Shown: positions 12,542-25,690 of the stretch, piece after piece
Layout: each line of letters opens with the position of its first letter
Position numbering within the stretch: the first letter of the stretch is position 1
Assembly (NCBI GenBank): GCA_965235115.1
Contig: OZ249436.1
Span: 2,110,001-2,174,000, forward strand
DNA length: 64,000 bases
Reading direction: 5' to 3'
Origin: Laetmonice hystrix
Lineage: Eukaryota
Translations under genes and position numbers: made by a program
Notes under the pieces: generated by a model
What the model saw: only the letters and a program-made list of their open reading frames with translations
The model's database searches: none
What the model was told of the DNA's origin: nothing

Positions 12542-14859
12542 CCGTCATTCGTCGTCGCTAACACACACGGCATGAGACCCCGGTGTGGTGATACTGTCTC
12601 GTCGTCGCTAACACACACGGCAGGAGGCCCGGTGTGGTGATACTGTCGTGCTTAGCGAGCTCATCCCTAATTTGGAATGGGATGTACATGTATTTTGTTC
12701 GATGTCCACCGAATGTGGCATTTGATTCCTGTACACACTTTATGACATTTCCTTCATTAAATCAACGTGTCAGATTTGGTTTTGAATGATAGAAACAAAA
12801 ATCCGATACACCGATAAGAAACCTAAATTTGTTTTTTACAGAATAGAATAAGTAAATTATGAAGGAATGTTGTCCCTGTTCAGGGAAAAGGTTAACTTGT
12901 ACTCTAAAACTTAGGTTTTCGTACAGTCTAAGTTCCTAGTAGTATATAGAAAGTATAGTATTGATGCAGGCTGTCACGGTAGGCGTTAGTATGGAATCAA
13001 GTTTAGGTTGTCATTGACAGTTTGACACAACATGATCCCTCTCTGGTTTCCCGAGTAATTTATTTTCAAGGGTTGCTGTAGGGTCAGTAATTCCTATTTC
13101 AGTAGATATCTGTGTGAAAGAGGACCGTGGAGGAGCATATGAATGGACCTGGAAGTCTTCAACGTCATTGAAAAATCAACTTTATCAGGGTCAGCGACTG
13201 GAGAATCATTGTTAATAAATCCCTTCAGATCGTTGTCAAAATCAAATCAACAAGAAAGTTTCAAACTTTGCCAAGTGGTTGTCGATATATTATAACCTCT
13301 AACAGTAGTGAGAGAGTAATTTTGTTATTTGTTGACATACTCAATCCACCCACCATAATAAATTGTAATCTGTTTCCATTATTTTACAACTGAGCACATG
13401 ATCTTTAGTTCAGCCATAGTCATGGAAACGGACGACAAGTTGTAATCCTCACAGGGCCTTGAATTAGAAGGTGTAATTAGTCCCTGATGATTATAAAGAA
13501 TGTGACCCAATAATAGTGGCGATAGAGAACAATCAAATCGTTTTCACGAGGTTCCCATTCCTCAGCTGTTCCCACAGTAACAGTTATCTTCTTCACGAGG
13601 TTCCCATTCCTCAGCTGTTCCCACAGTAACAGTTATCAAGTAATTGTCAGCGGAATGAAATATATGCACTTTAAAATGTCGGCAGAAGTGAAAACACGAA
13701 ACATAATGAGGAGGATTTAATCCTGAAATATAAATGTTCCTGAAGTCGCGGCCGCCTTGCAATCATAGTTTTCCTGTATTTGTGAAAAACAAGGCTCGTG
13801 TGAACCTCGCCATGACAGGGTCCTGAGCTATGACAAATATACCCTTGTGATGCTCGGTAATGGCGCTGGGGGTGGGGTGGGGCGGGGGGCGCCAGGGTGG
13901 GAGGGGGGGGGCTGTTCGTCATTCAGAATGCCAAGTCAGCACTTCTGCCTGCAAACCTCGCTAACTAACACTCAAATCAGGGAAATGGTAAATGGTGTTA
14001 GGTGTAAATTGTCCTAATTAAAGTTCCCTGGCATGCCTAAGTCTTAATACTTAAGGCATCATTTGGAAAGTCTCTCTGGAATCATTATTTCTCCTGTAGG
14101 TACCGGAGTGATAGAAAACATACATGTAAGTGCCAGATCTATATTAGGAGTCAATTATTGTTTAACACTAAGTTCCAGCGCAAGTTAAAAGACACTAATA
14201 TTAATTACGTATACCTTAGGTTACACCGAACAGTCGCTGACTAATTTTGAAGAATGAAATTGAAGCTTTGTTCTTGATTCGTGTTATAATGAATACGTTA
14301 TCATTAACGGCACCTCGTTAGTGTAGCGGATCATCATAAAACACACGTTATGAATGTGTATTTGAAATGTGTTGAAATGTTAACGAACTGCCGGAAGGTT
14401 TTGTTAACTGTGTCAGGGCCAAGATGCGGTGCTGCCCCCTGGTGGCCGAGGTAGTAAACCGAGGACGTTACCGTTCAGAATGCCATGACACCACGTGATG
14501 ATTGTACTGAGGGGAAATCTGTGCACACACAGACACACCCCCACCCACACACAAACACAACACCCCCCCCCCCCCCCCCACACACACACACCGTTGGGGA
14601 ATGTTGTGGGGACAATGAAATACACAATTCTTCTGGCTATAAAACTGGGTACATTAATTAGCAGTGGTATGATTGGTGTTCATCAGTGAAATGTTAACGA
14701 ATTGATTAGAAGAGATTAATTAGACACAGGGATGTTGTAATTAACGACGGTTGAGGCCATGCTGGGACCAACCCGTACATTATGGGATGGATTAGTGACA
14801 ATTTGTTAAATGTTTATACCGTTTCTGTCGGTGAGAGGGTGAAAAGTTGTACGGTATAG

Positions 14860-14950
14860 ATCTCTACTGGAAGTCCGGCCCCAATATTACTGCACCCATT
14901 CGCATAATTAAGGTATCAACGACCCTGCCAACTCGGCCACCGCCACTTTC
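14860..14950 (-). mobile_element. SINE head fragment related to 3420-3520
   Basis: Shares ctctactggaa..ccggcccc..attactgcacccattcgcata..actcggccaccgccactt. Confidence 0.6.
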
Positions 14951-14954
14951 ATGG

Positions 14955-17900
14955 TGTGGGGCAGTACTCCAGGCTATCAGTGAGTGTGAGGCAGTGCTCC
15001 AGGCTATCAGTGAGTGTGGGGCAGTGCTCCAGGCTATCAGTGAGTGTGGGGCAGTGCTCCAGGCTATCAGTGAGTGTGAGGCAGTGCTCCAGGCTATCAG
15101 TGAGTGTGAGGCAGTGCTCCAGGCTATCAGTGAGTGTGGGGCAGTGCTCCAGGCTATCAGTGAGTGTGAGGCAGTGCTCCAGGCTATCAGTGAGTGTGGG
15201 GGAATGCTCCAGGCTATCAGTGAGTGTGGGGCAGTGCTCCAGGCTATCAGTGAGTGTGAGGCAGTGCTCCAGGCTATCAGTGAGTGTGGGGCAGTGCTCC
15301 AGGCTATCAGTGAGTGTGAGGCAGTGCTCCAGGCTATCAGTGAGTGTGGGGCAGTGCTCCAGGCTATCAGTGAGTGTGGGGCAGTGCTCCAGGCTATCAG
15401 TGAGTGTGAGGCAGTGCTCCAGGCTATCAGTGAGTGTGGGGCAGTGCTCCAGGCTATCAGTGAGTGTGAGGCAGTGCTCCAGGCTATCAGTGAGTGTGAG
15501 GCAGTGCTCCAGGCTATCAGTGAGTGTGAGGCAGTGCTCCAGGCTATCAGTGAGTGTGAGGCAGTGCTCCAGGCTATCAGTGAGTGTGAGGCAGTGCTCC
15601 AGGCTATCAGTGAGTGTGAGGCAGTGCTCCAGGCTATCAGTGAGTGTGGGGCAGTGCTCCAGGCTATCAGTGAGTGTGGGGCAGTGCTCCAGGCTATCAG
15701 TGAGTGTGGGGCAGTGCTCCAGGCTATCAGTGAGTGTGAGGCAGTGCTCCAGGCTATCAGTGAGTGTGAGGCAGTGCTCCAGGCTATCAGTGAGTGTGAG
15801 GCAGTGCTCCAGGCTATCAGTGAGTGTGAGGCAGTGCTCCAGGCTATCAGTGAGTGTGGGGCAGTGCTCCAGGCTATCAGTGAGTGTGAGGCAGTGCTCC
15901 AGGCTATCAGTGAGTGTGAGGCAGTGCTCCAGGCTATCAGTGAGTGTGAGGCAGTGCTCCAGGCTATCAGTGAGTGTGGGGCAGTGCTCCAGGCTATCAG
16001 TGAGTGTGGGGCAGTGCTCCAGGCTATCAGTGAGTGTGAGGCAGTGCTCCAGGTGCTATCAGTGAGTGTGGGGCAGTGCTCCAGGCTATCAGTGAGTGTG
16101 AGGCAGTGCTCCAGGCTATCAGTGAGTGTGAGGCAGTGCTCCAGGCTATCAGTGAGTGTGAGGCAGTGCTCAAGGCTATCAGTGAGTGTGGGGTAGTGCT
16201 CCAGGCTATCAGTGAGTGTGAGGCAGTGCTCCAGGCTATCAGTGAGTGTGGGGCAGTGCTCCAGGCTATCAGTGAGTGTGGGGCAGTGCTCCAGGCTATC
16301 AGTGAGTGTGAGGCAGTGCTCCAGGCTATCAGTGAGTGTGAGGCAGTGCTCCAGGTGCTATCAGTGAGTGTGAGGCAGTGCTCCAGGCTATCAGTGAGTG
16401 TGGGGCAGTGCTCCAGGCTATCAGTGAGTGTGAGGCAGTGCTCCAGGCTATCAGTGAGTGTGGGGCAGTGCTCCAGGCTATCAGTGAGTGTGAGGCAGTG
16501 CTCCAGGCTATCAGTGAGTGTGGGGCAGTGCTCCAGGCTATCAGTGAGTGTGAGGCAGTGCTCCAGGCTATCAGTGAGTGTGAGGCAGTGCTCCAGGCTA
16601 TCAGTGAGTGTGGGGCAGTGCTCCAGGCTATCAGTGAGTGTGGGGCAGTGCTCCAGGCTATCAGTGAGTGTGGGGCAGTGCTCCAGGCTATCAGTGAGTG
16701 TGAGGCAGTGCTCCAGGCTATCAGTGAGTGTGAGGCAGTGCTCCAGGCTATCAGTGAGTGTGGGGCAGTGCTCCAGGCTATCAGTGAGTGTGAGGCAGTG
16801 CTCCAGGCTATCAGTGAGTGTGGGGCAGTGCTTCAGGCTATCAGTGAGTGTGGGGCAGTGCTTCAGGCTATCAGTGAGTGTGGGGCAGTGCTCCAGGTGC
16901 TATCAGAGTGTGAGGCAGTGCTCCAGGCTATCAGTGAGTGTGGGGCAGTGCTCCAGGCTATCAGTGAGTGTGGGGCAGTGCTCCAGGTGCTATCAGTGAG
17001 TGTGGGGCAGTGCTCAAGGCTATCAGTGAGTGTGGGGTAGTGCTCCAGGCTATCAGTGAGTGTGAGGCAGTGCTCCAGGCTATCAGTGAGAGTGGGGCAG
17101 TGCTCCAGGCTATCAGTGAGTGTGAGGCAGTGCTCCAGGCTATCAGTGAGTGTGAGGCAGTGCTCCAGGCTATCAGTGAGTGTGGGGCAGTGCTCCAGGC
17201 TATCAGTGAGTGTGAGGCAGTGCTCCAGGCTATCAGTGAGTGTGAGGCAGTGCTCCAGGCTATCAGTGAGTGTGGGGCAGTGCTCCAGGCTATCAGTGAG
17301 TGTGGGGCAGTGCTCCAGGCTATCAGTGAGTGTGGGGCAGTGCTCCAGGCTATCAGAGTGTGAGGCAGTGCTCCAGGCTATCAGTGAGTGTGAGGCAGTG
17401 CTCCAGGCTATCAGTGAGTGTGGGGCAGTGCTCCAGGCTATCAGTGAGTGTGGGGCAGTGCTCCAGGCTATCAGTGAGTGTGAGGCAGTGCTCCAGGTGC
17501 TATCAGTGAGTGTGGGGCAGTGCTCCAGGCTATCAGTGAGTGTGAGGCAGTGCTCCAGGCTATCAGTGAGTGTGGGGCAGTGCTCCAGGCTATCAGTGAG
17601 TGTGGGGCAGTGCTCCAGGCTATCAGTGAGTGTGAGGCAGTGCTCCAGGCTATCAGTGAGTGTGAGGCAGTGCTCCAGGCTATCAGTGAGTGTGGGGCAG
17701 TGCTCCAGGCTATCAGTGAGTGTGGGGCAGTGCTCCAGGCTATCAGTGAGTGTGAGGCAGTGCTCCAGGTGCTATCAGTGAGTGTGGGGCAGTGCTCCAG
17801 GCTATCAGTGAGTGTGGGGCAGTGCTCCAGGCTATCAGTGAGTGTGAGGCAGTGCTCCAGGTGCTATCAGTGAGTGTGGGGCAGTGCTCCAGGCTATCAG

Positions 17901-20900
17901 TGAGTGTGAGGCAGTGCTCCAGGCTATCAGTGAGTGTGAGGCAGTGCTCCAGGTGCTATCAGAGTGTGAGGCAGTGCTCCAGGCTATCAGTGAGTGTGAG
18001 GCAGTGCTCCAGGCTATCAGTGAGTGTGAGGCAGTGCTCCAGGTGCTATCAGAGTGTGAGGCAGTGCTCCAGGCTATCAGTGAGTGTGGGGCAGTGCTCC
18101 AGGTGCTATCAGTGAGTGTGGGGCAGTGCTCCAGGCTATCAGTGAGTGTGAGGCAGAGCTCCAGGCTATCAGTGAGTGTGGGGCAGTGCTCCAGGTGCTG
18201 TCAGAGTGTGAAGCAGTGCTCCAGGCTATCAGTGAGTGTGGGGCAGAGCTCCAGGCTATCAGTGAGTGTGGGGCAGAGCTCCAGGCTATCAGTGAGTGTG
18301 GGGCAGTGCTCCAGGCTATCAGTGAGTGTGAGGCAGTGCTCCAGGCTATCAGTGAGTGTGAGGCAGTGCTCCAGGCTATCAGTGAGTGTGAGGCAGTGCT
18401 CCAGGCTATCAGTGAGTGTGAGGCAGTGCTCCAGGCTATCAGTGAGTGTGGGGCAGTGCTCCAGGCTATCAGTGAGTGTGGGGCAGTGCTCCAGGCTATC
18501 AGTGAGTGTGAGGCAGTGCTCCAGGCTATCAGAGTGTGAGGCAGTGCTCCAGGCTATCAGTGAGTGTGGGGCAGTGCTCCAGGCTATCAGTGAGTGTGAG
18601 GCAGTGCTCCAGGCTATCAGTGAGTGTGGGGCAGTGCTCCAGGTGCTATCAGTGAGTGTGGGGCAGTGCTCCAGGCTATCAGTGAGTGTGAGGCAGTGCT
18701 CCAGGCTATCAGTGAGTGTGAGGCAGTGCTCCAGGCTATCAGTGAGTGTGAGGCAGTGCTCCAGGCTATCAGTGAGTGTGAGGCAGTGCTCCAGGCTATC
18801 AGTGAGTGTGGGGCAGGGCTCCAGGCTATCAGTGAGTGTGGGGCAGTGCTCCAGGCTATCAGTGAGTGTGGGGCAGTGCTCCAGGTGCTATCAGTGAGTG
18901 TGAGGCAGTGCTCCAGGCTATCAGTGAGTGTGAGGCAGTGCTCCAGGCTATCAGTGAGTGTGGGGCAGTGCTCCAGGCTATCAGTGAGTGTGAGGCAGTG
19001 CTCCAGGCTATCAGTGAGTGTGGGGCAGTGCTCCAGGCTATCAGTGAGTGTGAGGCAGTGCTCCAGGCTATCAGTGAGTGTGAGGCAGTGCTCCAGGCTA
19101 TCAGTGAGTGTGGGGCAGTGCTCCAGGCTATCAGTGAGTGTGGGGCAGTGCTCCAGGCTATCAGTGAGTGTGAGGCAGTGCTCCAGGCTATCAGTGAGTG
19201 TGGGGCAGTGCTCCAGGTGCTATCAGAGTGTGAGGCAGTGCTCCAGGCTATCAGTGAGTGTGAGGCAGTGCTCCAGGCTATCAGTGAGTGTGAGGCAGTG
19301 CTCCAGGCTATCAGTGAGTGTGAGGCAGTGCTCCAGGCTATCAGTGAGTGTGGGGCAGTGCTCCAGGCTATCAGTGAGTGTGGGGCAGTGCTCCAGGCTA
19401 TCAGTGAGTGTGGGGCAGTGCTCCAGGCTATCAGTGAGTGTGAGGCAGTGCTCCAGGCTATCAGTGAGTGTGGGGCAGTGCTCCAGGCTATCAGTGAGTG
19501 TGAGGCAGTGCTCCAGGCTATCAGTGAGTGTGAGGCAGTGCTCCAGGCTATCAGTGAGTGTGAGGCAGTGCTCCAGGCTATCATTGAGTGTGAGGCAGTG
19601 CTCCAGGCTATCAGTGAGTGTGAGGCAGTGCTCCAGGCTATCAGTGAGTGTGAGGCAGTGCTCCAGGCTATCAGTGAGTGTGAGGCAGTGCTCCAGGCTA
19701 TCAGTGAGTGTGAGGCAGTGCTCCAGGCTATCAGTGAGTGTGAGGCAGTGCTCCAGGCTATCAGTGAGTGTGAGGCAGTGCTCCAGGCTATCAGTGAGTG
19801 TGAGGCAGTGCTCCAGGCTATCAGTGAGTGTGAGGCAGTGCTCCAGGTGCTATCAGAGTGTGGGGCAGTGCTCCAGGCTATCAGTGAGTGTGAGGCAGTG
19901 CTCCAGGCTATCAGTGAGTGTGAGGCAGTGCTCCAGGCTATCAGTGAGTGTGGGGCAGTGCTCCAGGCTATCAGTGAGTGTGGGGCAGTGCTCCAGGCTA
20001 TCAGTGAGTGTGAGGCAGTGCTCCAGGTGCTATCAGAGTGTGAGGCAGTGCTCCAGGCTATCAGTGAGTGTGAGGCAGTGCTCCAGGCTATCAGTGAGTG
20101 TGAGGCAGTGCTCCAGGCTATCAGTGAGTGTGAGGCAGTGCTCCAGGCTATCAGTGAGTGTGAGGCAGTGCTCCAGGCTATCAGTGAGTGTGAGGCAGTG
20201 CTCCAGGCTATCAGTGAGTGTGAGGCAGTGCTCCAGGCTATCAGTGAGTGTGAGGCAGTGCTCCAGGTGCTATCAGAGTGTGGGGCAGTGCTCCAGGCTA
20301 TCAGTGAGTGTGAGGCAGTGCTCCAGGCTATCAGTGAGTGTGAGGCAGTGCTCCAGGCTATCAGTGAGTGTGGGGCAGTGCTCCAGGCTATCAGTGAGTG
20401 TGGGGCAGTGCTCCAGGCTATCAGTGAGTGTGGGGCAGTGCTCCAGGTGCTATCAGTGAGTGTGGGGCAGTGCTCCAGGTGCTATCAATGACTGTGAGGC
20501 AGTGCTCCAGGCTATCAGTGAGTGTGAGGCAGTGCTCCAGGCTATCAGTGAGTGTGAGGCAGTGCTCCAGGCTATCAGTGAGTGTGAGGCAGTGCTCCAG
20601 GCTATCAGTGAGTGTGAGGCAGTGCTCCAGGCTATCAGTGAGTGTGAGGCAGTGCTCCAGGCTATCAGTGAGTGTGAGGCAGTGCTCCAGGCTATCAGTG
20701 AGTGTGAGGCAGTGCTCCAGGTGCTATCAGTGAGTGTGGGGCAGTGCTCCAGGCTATCAGTGAGTGTGAGGCAGTGCTCCAGGCTATCAGTGAGTGTGAG
20801 GCAGTGCTCCAGGCTATCAGTGAGTGTGAGGCAGTGCTCCAGGTGCTATCAGTGAGTGTGGGGCAGTGCTCCAGGTGCTATCAATGACTGTGAGGCAGTG

Positions 20901-21092
20901 CTCCAGGCTATCAGTGGGTGTGGGGCAGTGCTCCAGGTGCTATCAGTGAGTGTGAGGCAGTGCTCCAGGCTATCAGTGAGTGTGGGGCAGTGCTCCAGGC
21001 TATCAGTGAGTGTGGGGCAGTGCTCCAGGTGCTATCAGTGAGTGTGAGGCAGTGCTCCAGGCTATCAGTGGGTGTGAGGCAGTGCTCCAGGC
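14955..21092. repeat. 30-bp minisatellite, ~200 copies (6.1 kb)
   Basis: Unit gcagtgctccaggctatcagtgagtgtg(a/g)g, with occasional 2-bp gt indels. Confidence 0.99.
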
Positions 21093-21279
21093 CGGGTGGT
21101 ATCAAACCCATCTGTCCACCCCGACCCGCACTCTCTGGACCTCACTGTGTGACAGCGGGTGTTTGAGGCAGGCGGTTCGTGTCGGACATAATGACGACGA
21201 GATTGATGTTGGCAGTGGCAGTGTCGTCACGTCGAGAACACTGCCAACAGCAGCCCGGCGCTGAGCTTGTACTGGGAGC

Positions 21280-22790
21280 CGATTGGTGCCACGTGCTACA
21301 TATTCCCCTCAACCCGACCCAACTCAGCCAACACCGATTGGTGCCACGTGCTCCATTCCTGTCAACCCGACCCAACTCAGCCAACACCGATTGGTGGCAC
21401 GTGCTCCATTCCTGTCAACCCGACCCAACTCAGCCAACACCGATTGGTGGCACGTGCTACACTCCCCTCAACCCCACCCAACTCAGCCAACACCGATTGG
21501 TGCCACGTGCTACACTCCCCTCAACCCCACCCAACTCAGCCAACACCGATTGGTGCCACGTGCTACACTCCCCTCAAACCCACCCAACTCAGCCAACACC
21601 GATTGGTGGCTGTTACACTCCCCTCAACCCGACCCAACTCAGCCAACACCGATTGGTGGCTGTTACACTCCCCTCAACCCGACCCAACTCAGCCAACACC
21701 GATTGGTGGCACGTGCTACACTCCCCCCAACCCGACCCAACTCAGCCAACACCGATTGGTGGCACGTGCTACACTCCCCCCAACCCGACCAAACTCAGCC
21801 AACACCGATTGGTGGCACGTGCTACACCCCCCCCCAACCCCACCCAACTCAGCCAACACCGATTGGTGGCTGTTACACTCCGCTCAACCCGACCCAACTC
21901 AGCCAACACCGATTGGTGGCACGTGCTACACTCCCCCCAACCCCACCCAACTCAGCCAACACCGATTGGTGGCACGTGCTACAGTCCCCTCAAACCGACC
22001 CAACTCAGCCAACACCGATTGGTGGCTGTTACACTCCGCTCAACCCGACCCAACTCAGCCAACACCGATTGGTGCCACGTGCTACACTCCCCTCAACCCC
22101 ACCCAACTCAGCCAACACCGATTGGTGGCACGTGCTACACTGCCCTCAACCCCACCCAACTCGGCCAACACCGATTGGTGGCTGTTACACTCCGCTCAAC
22201 CCGACCCAACTCAGCCAACACCGATTGGTGGCACGTGCTACACTCCCCCCAACCCCACCCAACTCAGCCAACACCGATTGGTGGCTGTTACACTCCGCTC
22301 AACCCGACCCAACTCAGCCAACACCGATTGGTGGCACGTGCTACACTCCCCCCAACCCCACCCAACTCAGCCAACACCGATTGGTGGCACGTGCTACAGT
22401 CCCCTCAAACCGACCCAACTCAGCCAACACCGATTGGTGGCTGTTACAATCCGCTCAACCCGACCCAACTCAGCCAACACCGATTGGTGCCACGTGCTAC
22501 ACTCCCCTCAACCCCACCCAACTCAGCCAACACCGATTGGTGGCACGTGCTACACTGCCCTCAACCCCACCCAACTCGGCCAACACCGATTGGTGGCTGT
22601 TACACTCCGCTCAACCCGACCCAACTCAGCCAACACCGATTGGTGGCTGTTACACTCCGCTCAACCCCACCCAACTCAGCCAACACCGATTGGTGGCACG
22701 TGCTACACTCCCCCCAACCCCACCCAACTCAGCCAACACCGATTGGTGGCACGTGCTACACTCCCCTCAACCCCACCCAACACTGGTGGC
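21280..22790. repeat. 50/53-bp minisatellite, ~29 copies
   Basis: Unit ccgattggtggcacgtgctacactcccctcaaccccacccaactcagccaaca. Confidence 0.97.
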
Positions 22791-23026
22791 ATGAGGTACA
22801 TGTGTCCATTTTAATACTGGGACCCTCTGGATTACACAAGATTAACGATTTTGTGTTGATTTCTCTGTAAATCTCTGTAGGCAGTGAGGTTATAATCTTG
22901 TATTATATTATTATCCTATTGGCTATTATTATATCATCGTAACTAAGGAAGGGAATGAGCAAATTTGGAAAGAGTCGATTTTGTAAATAGGCAACATCGG
23001 AATGATCTGCCTGGAGCCAGGTATTA

Positions 23027-23179
23027 GGGCCTGGTTTCAGAAAGATTAAGAACTTAAGTTAAGCCATAGGTTAAGCTCTGCTTAGGGTCTCTCATTGTCT
23101 AGTTGAAGCTGAGCAGCAGCCAATCAGAGGTCCTAAGTAGAGCTTAAGTTATTGTGCTAACCTTTCTGAAACCGGGACC
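23027..23179. mobile_element. short palindromic MITE (PIF/Harbinger-like termini)
   Basis: Imperfect TIR gggcctggtttcagaaag ... ctttctgaaaccgggacc, plus internal inverted repeat taagctctgcttagg/cctaagtagagctta. Confidence 0.6.
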
Positions 23180-23180
23180 T

Positions 23181-23314
23181 GGGCCCAGTTCATACGTAAG
23201 ATCTTACTTAAACTTAGGCTTAACGTTTCTGATTGGCTGGTCTAAGCAAACCAGCCAATCAGAAGCGTTAATCTTAATCTTAAGCAAGATCTTAAGTTTG
23301 TACGAACTGGGCCC
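23181..23314. mobile_element. second short palindromic MITE, directly adjacent
   Basis: Termini gggcccagttcatac ... gtacgaactgggccc; core ttctgattggctgg/ccagccaatcagaa; near-complete fold-back. Confidence 0.7.
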
Positions 23315-24029
23315 CTGAATACGGTTACTAATGGTAACAGTAGCATCCCCGCAATGGGTGATAGGGTAAGGGTTTATAGACAGGGCTTGGGCACCCTCTG
23401 ACTGAGGGGGGTGGGGTGGGGTAGGGGTGGCGAGAAGAGTGATAGATTTGTACTTTATACCGCCTCATTTCGTGTATTTGTTACCATGGGAACCACCTTG
23501 GCCGGGGGGGGGGGGGTCAGGACTAGCCTCGAGTCGGCAGACTCTGACTCGAGGTATTGACTCGGGGCACAGATGATGTATTAACACTACCCAGGGGGTG
23601 AAGTAGACCGCTGACCCGGGGTATTGACCCTGAATATGTATGGGGTATCAACCGTGATCCTTGGTGAAGTGTGACCCTCACTGAGAATATGACCCTGCAT
23701 GGCAATGGCCAGATACCCCACGTCAAATCCGACCTGGGGTAGCCTGAAGGACTGTGAATGGCAATATTCTCACGGGGTTGTCGTAGCCATTTGAGGCCGA
23801 GTAGCGGATCGATTGGAAAATATTTCCGCCCATTTATGAAGCTTGGTCGTTTTTTTCTAATCGGTTCATTTTCTCCTCACTAAGAAGAAAAAAACTCTTA
23901 AGGTAATTCAAAGAAAATGGGGCTGGATGGTGGTGACTAACCATCCAATTCCATACACCTTCTCCACTGAGTTTAACTTTAATGTAAGATTTGATGGTGG
24001 CGTGTATGAGTGGGGAGTTGGGGAATAAA

Positions 24030-24405
24030 AAGGCTGTTTGTGTTTGCAATGAAATGATGTTCAGCTGAGTTTTATAACATGGTATATTTGTGTTTCCAAT
24101 GAGAAGATGCTAGGCTGATTTAAAGTACGGAATATTTGTGTTTCCAATGATATGATGTTGAGCTGATTTTAAAGTACGGAATGGTTGTGTTTTCAATGAT
24201 ATGATGTTGAGCTGATTTTAAAGTACGGAATGTTTGTGTTTCCAATGAGGCGATGCTGAACTGATTTAAAGTACGGAATGTTTGTGTTTCCAATGAGAGG
24301 ATGCTGAGCTGATTTTTAAAGCACGTAATGTCTGTGTTTGCAGTGAGACGATGTTGGGCTGATGTTTAAAGGACCTTATGTCTATGTTTGCAGTGAGACG
24401 ATGCG
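24030..24405. repeat. degenerate ~52-bp repeat ending in the unc-13 acceptor at 24393
   Basis: Units tgtttgtgtttccaatga..gatg.tgagctgattttaaagtacggaa; the last two read tgtttgcagtgagacgatg. Confidence 0.85.
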
Positions 24406-24511
24406 GCTGGACATGGGGCTGATCATCGAGCTGTGGAATAAAGGCATGTTGTGGGACAAGTTGATCGGCACCCATTGGCTGCCCCTGATGAGTATCAAAC
24501 ACTCCAACCAG
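24394..24511 (+). CDS. unc-13: unc-13/Munc13 coding exon, C2A domain (ETMRLDMGLIIELWNKGMLWDKLIGTHWLPLMSIKHSNQ)
   Basis: Acceptor tgtttgcag| and donor |gtaagt; 118 bp, phase 2 to 0. The peptide matches the Munc13 C2A pattern E-x-x-R-L-D-x-G-L-x-x-E-x-W-N-K-G-x-x-W-D, recognised from memory. Confidence 0.95.
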
Positions 24512-25349
24512 GTAAGTTCTCATCAACCTTCTCTCCGAGGGGGTGGGGGGTGGGAGGGTAGGGTGACATATTGGGGGGGGGGAAGAGTACTTCATTTGTG
24601 GGAAGGTCACCCAGGGGAGTTCTCATCACCCTTCTCTCCGAGGGGGGGGGGGGGAGCAAGGTGACATGTTGGGGAGGGGAATACTTCATTTGTGGGAAGG
24701 TGAGCCCGGGAAGTTCTCATCACCACACATTTGAAAAAAAAGACAAAAATTAACGCATAGACAGTTGTGATGGTAAAGGCGTTCTACTGCACTGTTTGTC
24801 CCGCCCCCCTATTATATAGGGAAACTTCTCAAAAAGTTACCCTGCCGTGAACAGTGCAAATCCGTTGAGATGTCGGATAAGGTGTCGGATTAGAACTTGT
24901 CCAAAGTCGTTAACACTCGCCAGTTAATGGATAGAAACGTTGAAAACGTGCACCATTTTAAAAAGTCAATTGACCGAATTGCCGCTGCAGGAGCCCCGTC
25001 CCGTCCCGCCCCGCCCCGCCCCGCCCCGCCCCGCCCCGCCCCGCCCCGCCCCGTCCCGCCCCGCCCCGTCCCGCCCGGACCCCCTCCCCAACCCGCCAAG
25101 TTTTGCTAAGAAAGTTTCAGTTTGTTTCCTGATCACGCCCCAGTGTATTGTATGAGGACTCAGAAGGCCTGATAGAAACGGTAAAATAGTTGTAGTGTGC
25201 TGTCAGTGGTGGGTGCCAAGTCTGGCACCGTTTATCGCTCCATGGCGGCCGGCCCGCCATTGATTGCCTCTATCCTCTTGACGTCAGTGGACAAACCGTC
25301 GTCTCGTCTCCTAGGTTACCAACCCCTACCGTAACATGCCACCAACCTG

Positions 25350-25690
25350 GGGCCAGGGGCTAGGGTCGGGGTTAGAGTTAGGGGCTAAGGTCAAGGTTAG
25401 AGTTAGGGGCTAAGGTCAAGGTTAGGGTTAGGGGCTAGGGTCGAGGTTAGAGTTAGGGGCTAAGGTCAAGGTTAGAGTTAGGGGCTAAGGTTAAGGTAAG
25501 GGTTAGGGGCTAAGGTCAAGGTTAGGGACTAGGGTTAGGGTTAAGGTTAGGCTAGGGTTAAGAGTTAAGGTCAAGGCTAAGGCTAGGGGCTAAGGTCAAG
25601 GCTAGGGTTAGGGGCGATGGTCCAGGTTAGGGTTAGGGGCTAAGGTCAAGGTTAGGGGCTAAGGTCAAGGCTAGGGTTAGGGGTACGGAT
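25350..25690 (+). repeat. degenerate TTAGGG-like simple repeat
   Basis: ggttagagttaggggctaaggtcaa-type units. Confidence 0.85.

Noticed and set aside
14847..22870. Long ORFs of 300-600 aa (AVLQAISECE and PTQLSQHRLV repeats)
   Set aside because: They are translations of stop-free minisatellite units, open in several frames and broken by 2-bp indels, inside an apparent intron.
1..24393. First unc-13 exons (N-terminal half of C2A, e.g. VTLKxQNVKSTT)
   Set aside because: Not found by eye. They are presumably upstream of the window; tBLASTn with an UNC-13 N-terminus would settle it.
24745..25120. Possible small TE around the (CCCGC)n tract
   Set aside because: Only a short inverted match (gaaactt/aagtttc) was seen, and no ends or TSD could be defined.
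25350..25690. True telomere or chromosome fusion site
   Set aside because: The repeat is highly degenerate, short, in a single orientation and intronic.
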